A DNA stretch of 64,000 bases from the human T2T-CHM13v2.0 reference genome, Homo sapiens. The position numbers and the translations under genes were made by a program. The first letter of the stretch is position 1, and each line of letters starts with the position of its first letter. Positions 58,681-64,000 of this stretch are shown here, one piece after another. The notes below the pieces were generated by a model. The model saw only the letters and a program-made list of their open reading frames with translations, was not told where the DNA came from and ran no database searches. The DNA is taken from NCBI RefSeq assembly GCF_009914755.1, contig NC_060929.1. One strand, 5' to 3'.

Positions 58681-61031
58681 TAGGTATTCCTGATAAAGAG
58701 GCCGCTTTGCTTCAAGACATGATTCGTGAACTTAGATTCTATTTTATGACTTTGTTGCTCTTTCAAGATCACTGGAAAAAGAAAAACATTGAAGGTAATA
58801 TGGGCTATTATTATTATATGATTATTATTATACTGAATCTTCAAATTGAAGAAGAATATCCTTCATTTCTGGGATTCATTCTTATATTCTTGTGTTCTTT
58901 GTAGTTTTTTTAATATAATGTTGGAGGTTGGAAAGTTTTCTACTGTTCTATCTCCTTTATTCCACCTACAGGGAGACATTATAAAGTACTAAACTTTCCA
59001 TTGAATTTTTAATATTTAAATTTTGTTTTAAATTTCCAAATGTGCTTCTCTGATTCTTCATGTTCTCAGAATATTTTAATTTTCTTTCTTAGATGTGATA
59101 TGTCTCTTTGTTTCTTTTAGGGTATTAAATATATATTTTAAAATATTCTATCTGGTTGCATTTTCTGTGTTCCAATTGAGTTCCCTCTTTTGTTTGTTGT
59201 GTTTTCTGTCTTTTGCTTTGGAGGCTTCCCTTAAATATTGGATGATGATTGGTTTTCATATTTAAGAGTGAGTCACTAAAATGTTGATTGGAGGCTTTGT
59301 GTATAGGGATATGTTTTGCCAAATAGTCAGCATCACTGCAGATGGTTATGTTGAGTAGGAAAAGTTTCCATATGACTCATTTTCTAGTACCTCTGGCTGC
59401 TGGTGTTTTTCAAACCATGCAGAGAAGACTGAGGCCCTCACTCATTCAGTATGATGTCCTCCAACTGACGATCTTATTTTCTTTTCCACTCCTCTTCCTG
59501 ACTTCTGTCTGAGCACCAAGCTCAGTTCTCTCTCTTTCAGTTTCCTCAGATTAGACAGCAGCTCTTTATTAGGCAAGGTGAGGTGGAGGAAGGGAATTCA
59601 AAGGTATTGGTGTCAAGCAGGATAGGATTTCTAGGAGGCAGTAACCATTGAGTATGCGGTCTTTCAAGCAATTCATGAGTTTTAAGTTTCTTCCCTCAAC
59701 TATGCCTTCTGAGGTGGCAGCCATGTTCTGCTGAGTATTTTTTGGTTCCTGATGGATCAGTTTATTTTATTACCATCAGTGACTCCCTGAAGGCGCTTAA
59801 AGCACCACTTCCTTCACTCTGCCGTGTTAGTTACCACTCCTCCAGCTAATTTTTATTTTTCAAAAACTGTTGCTATCTCCATCTTGTTGTCATCTTGCCC
59901 CTGTTCCTCTCAGCCTCTATTTGTTTATTTCGCTTTACTGGGAAAGTAAAAACAGGAGAAACTAAACATTTCTAGTCAACTCAGCATGATTAAGAGCAAG
60001 TTTACTGCATTTATATTACTTTCTTTTAAATAGAATTGCATTCTAATAGGCATCTCTTAAGGTGGTGTCTGAGTCTCAATTCTCATTTATTATTAATTAA
60101 ATTCCCACAGAGGTGTTTCACAGTATGTGATTGCTCTTTCTCAGGCACACACACATGCATAAATAGGAATGATAGTCAAAATAATTTAATGACTGGAAAG
60201 GTGTAAGCACAAAGCAAACAGAATGAATGCAAGACTGATCAGAAGAGATACACTGCAGTGGAGCATGCTAGCTGAACATCAGATGTGTGTGTGTGTATAA
60301 ATGTGTGTGTCTAATAATTTGCAGATACGATGGTCAGAAATGGTGTCAGGTTTTTATTTTTGAGAGAAGTATCTCTTTTTAAACCTGGTTATTTAAGATA
60401 CAGCATTTCACTGTGAGTTCTTAGATGCTAACTCTAAGTTGCCACAAATTTATTTTCAGTTAGCTAACAAAATGAACCTTGGACTCCCTAACTAATCTCT
60501 TGTCCTTGAGAGAAAATATCATTTGGTCTAGGGGTAATGCAATTAAACTATATTGAAGTAAAGATCATTTAATTTTTAATAGACTGTAGACATAAAACCC
60601 CTTTTTAGAAAACATCTTTTATGTTTGTTAGCATGTTCAACAATTTTTCCTTAAAAGAAGATTGTGAAGATGTGAAAAAATAATTTCTTAAAAATGAACT
60701 GTAAGGCTAAAGTTATCATCACTTTAAATATGTCAATGATATGACCCACCTAGAATGCTACAGAATAATTTCAACTCATTGACCTACTGTTATTTTTTTT
60801 TAAGTTAGGTAAGCATTTCACCGATAGAACATTAATATATAAGGATGCAATTCAAGTAAATAACTACAGATTTCATAAGACTAATGCAAAGACAAAATTT
60901 GGTTGAAACGAGATTGTGTAATTCCATTAGACAATTATACTGCAAAAGGTTGAAGCAACAAGCAAACAATTTTAGCTTCAGTCAGAGCTTAAAGCTATTA
61001 ACATTCTTTTCAGCATCTCTTTTACTTTTAA

Positions 61032-61708
61032 TGAGGCAGGGTAAGTAAAGTTAGGAGGCCATACCGACCTGCCCTCTTTTGTGAAGCCTTGCTGGTTCCT
61101 TTCATATCCCTTGGACCCTCGAGCATCAGCACCTAACTCTTTTGTGAGATAAGCGGTCCTGCAGGATACCAGCTGACCGCCAAATGGTTACAAGTTTCTG
61201 ATACCCAATAAAAGCCTGTTATTCCTGATGCATGTTTCCTAATCTCCAAACAATCAGCACCAAAAGCCCAAGAAACTATTAAGTACAAATTCCTGCCTTG
61301 GAGGACATAGGGACTTCTCTGGGGTCCTCCATGTGCAGCTAGGCTCCAGATTTAGGTTACAGTAACCTTTTCCTTACTTTAGTAGTAACATACACACACC
61401 TAGAGGGAGATTTATATGCTAATGATACATGTGATGTGTGTTAGAGCAGGTAGATGATGAACGCATGTGGCAACCACAGGTCAGCCTTTGCATATTTGAC
61501 CTCACCAATATTTTATGAAGATGTATGTCCAGCTCCCATAAAGGGAATTCTCCTTGAGGTACTAGGGGCTGTCTCTTCCTTTGAGTGCCCGCTCTGCCAC
61601 TGAGAGTACTTTTGCTTCACAATAAACTTCTTTGCCTACTATAACTTTGGACTTGTTCTCAAGTACTTTTGTGCAGCAAAGTCAAGAACCTGAACCAGCC
61701 TACCAACA
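61032..61708 (+). mobile_element. ERV1 solo LTR (MER50-like)
   Basis: TG...CA termini (tgaggcagggtaagt...ccaaca); aataaa at 61621; agtcaagaacctgaac U5-like end. Confidence 0.78.
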
Positions 61709-63174
61709 ATACGACTAGTCTCTAATAAAGCAGTATAGAAGGGGATTTTTTTCCCTAAAACTTATACAGATTTAAATTTTGAAGAAAAATTAGATTACTA
61801 GTGATAAACACTCAGATCCCATCACAGCCTGAAAAGAAAATGTTGACAAACTAGTACAATACTTGAGTCACTCTACATATTCTGTTTAAGTAAACATTTA
61901 GATTTACCCACTGACTAGTTATCCTTGAGAACCATGTAGAGCTTTCAAATAATGTAAATTAAAAACCAATGTACCCTAAAGGTATACTTTTTATTAAATA
62001 AGTATTCATGTTACTTTTAGAAGAAGTGGCTTTGATGGAGAGTTGGCATAACAATTTAGCTTCTTATTAAGATGATATTTTTCTAACTAACTAGAGATAT
62101 TATCATTTCTCTATTTCATGTATTTTTTTGTAAACTGAAGAGAACAATTAATTTTATTTATGCAAATGTATTATACTTTTGCTAGCCATGGGCTGTTTCC
62201 ATATAAAATCACAATAAACATTTTAGAAAAAAAGCAAAAGCCAAAGAAAAGCCCTGTCTTTTTGTCTTGTTTTGTTTTGTGAAAAAGATACTTAATAATT
62301 AATTGAGATTTTATATTCCATGAAGGGACTTTTTATTGTATGAAACCAATGCATGGTTTTTGTTTCCATTTGGCACAAATCATCTACAAATAATGTTTTT
62401 AAATTATGGATTTTACTTATTATATTCAGATTCTATTTAAAAGAGTTCTTCAAATTTATATTTAAATATGCCTTCTGATTGAGAAACTGAATATATCAAA
62501 CACTAATCAAATGTACATTTCTTGTGAAATATTCTTTTATTAATTGTAATGGTTTTCTGTGCAACATTCTATGACCTCTTTTCAAACAATTATATCAAAA
62601 GACACACTACACTACTTTATAATTATTATACTAAATAATCTCTATAATAATTGAATGTAACAAAAAACTTACAAATTTGAAAATAATTATTCATGGTCAC
62701 AATTATAATTAAGAATAATCATGAAACTATGCTTAAAATGAAATGCCATCAAGTAGAAATGTTTAAACAAAAATAATTAGGGATATTATAAAAAATATTC
62801 GCAGCCAACAAAAAGTTAAGAAATAGCTCAAATTAATGTTAAAAATTTTATATGACCTAAATACAAAGTTGAAAAGATTTACAGAATTTTTCTATATGAG
62901 AATCTTAAACGTTTATACACTCTATAAGAAATCTTTATTTTCAGTTCCAAGCAATTCAAAGAGGAGAGAAATTTAGATCCCAGTTCTAAATCAAGCTGGC
63001 ATTTACAAACTTCTGAATATAGAATGAAGCTCTTAACACAATGGATGCACAAAAATTATTTTTAAGTTACTGGTGAATTTCTCCTAGGGTAAACTTCAGA
63101 AGCTATTACAGTAAATGGGTTCATATAAAATATCTAAACAACTATAAATGAATCATTTTTAAAATTTAGTTAAA

Positions 63175-63373
63175 AATAATACTATTTGCTATCATTAATT
63201 GAGCACTCACAAATATCTGAAGCGATACTATGTAGGTACTATTATTCTCATTTTACAGATGAGGAAATGAGACATAGATAGTCTAATAGCCTGATCAAGA
63301 TAGCAAAACTATATAGATCTAAACATAGAATCTGGGACTGCCTCACCTCAAAGTTGGTATACACTATGTTACT
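63175..63373 (-). mobile_element. MIR
   Basis: Core cattttacagatgaggaaatgagaca. Confidence 0.85.
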
Positions 63374-64000
63374 CTTCAGGCCCTGAGATTTTTCTGCGGG
63401 ACTGGGACAGAAGATAAATTTGCAGTGGTTTCTGCTAGATGGTGCATTTTCTCCAAGCACACCCATTCTCTAAGTCCTTTATTAATGCAGTCAGTAAACT
63501 GTCTTGGGTACTGAGACATAAATAAACTATTATCCTTTTCCTTGATGAGCTAATACAGTAACCTCCTTGAGAAGACACTGTATTATACTGTTTTATTTGC
63601 ATGTATGTGTGTGTATGTTCACATAAATACATATGCATACTCCACCTATGATTCCTTTCTTTACTTCAGCACAAAAGGTAATTTTAATCCAGCTTCACTA
63701 ATGATGAAGCTATTATTTCCCTGCAAGAGACAGCTATTTCCCTGGAAGAGATATTGAGAAATTGAAGAAAAGAGAGACAATTTGGGACCTGGCAGTATAG
63801 ACCCAGAAAATAGCCTTCAAAAGCCATGACAATATAAAATAATATATTTTGTATGTAACAGTTACTACAGCTTGGACTTTTTCCTAAAGGAGTGGAGTGC
63901 CCATTAAAGTATTAAAACAAGGCTTATCCTGTTGAGATCTATATTGTAACAACATGACTTTGGGGCTATGTGTAAGGTTTGGAGTGGAGTGAGAGTAAAC

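Overview
AT-rich, CpG-poor primate (human-like) non-coding DNA, either intergenic or deep intronic. I find no supportable protein-coding gene, RNA gene or CpG island. The supplied ORFs are read-throughs of Alu, L1, LTR or transposase remnants, or of simple repeats. Roughly half or more of the window is interspersed repeats: about 19 Alu/FLAM elements, several old L1s (including a 7.3 kb nested L1MC), L2/MIR, MaLR/ERVL/ERV1 solo LTRs, and DNA transposons (MER1A, MER33, MER5, MER85, and a near-complete Tigger4 with a transposase fossil). The most notable structures are: (1) a ~250 bp-arm AT-rich inverted repeat at 1255-2250, with an Alu in one arm only; (2) a two-LTR class III (ERVL) proviral fossil at 5265-9026 with readable protease, RT and integrase motifs; (3) several local templated-insertion or fold-back scars; (4) a ~195 bp dispersed direct duplication; (5) a MER85 with an extended CSB-PGBD3-type palindrome. 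I see no evidence of a new multi-gene system. Repeat subfamily names come from remembered consensus sequences, and boundaries of old elements are approximate.
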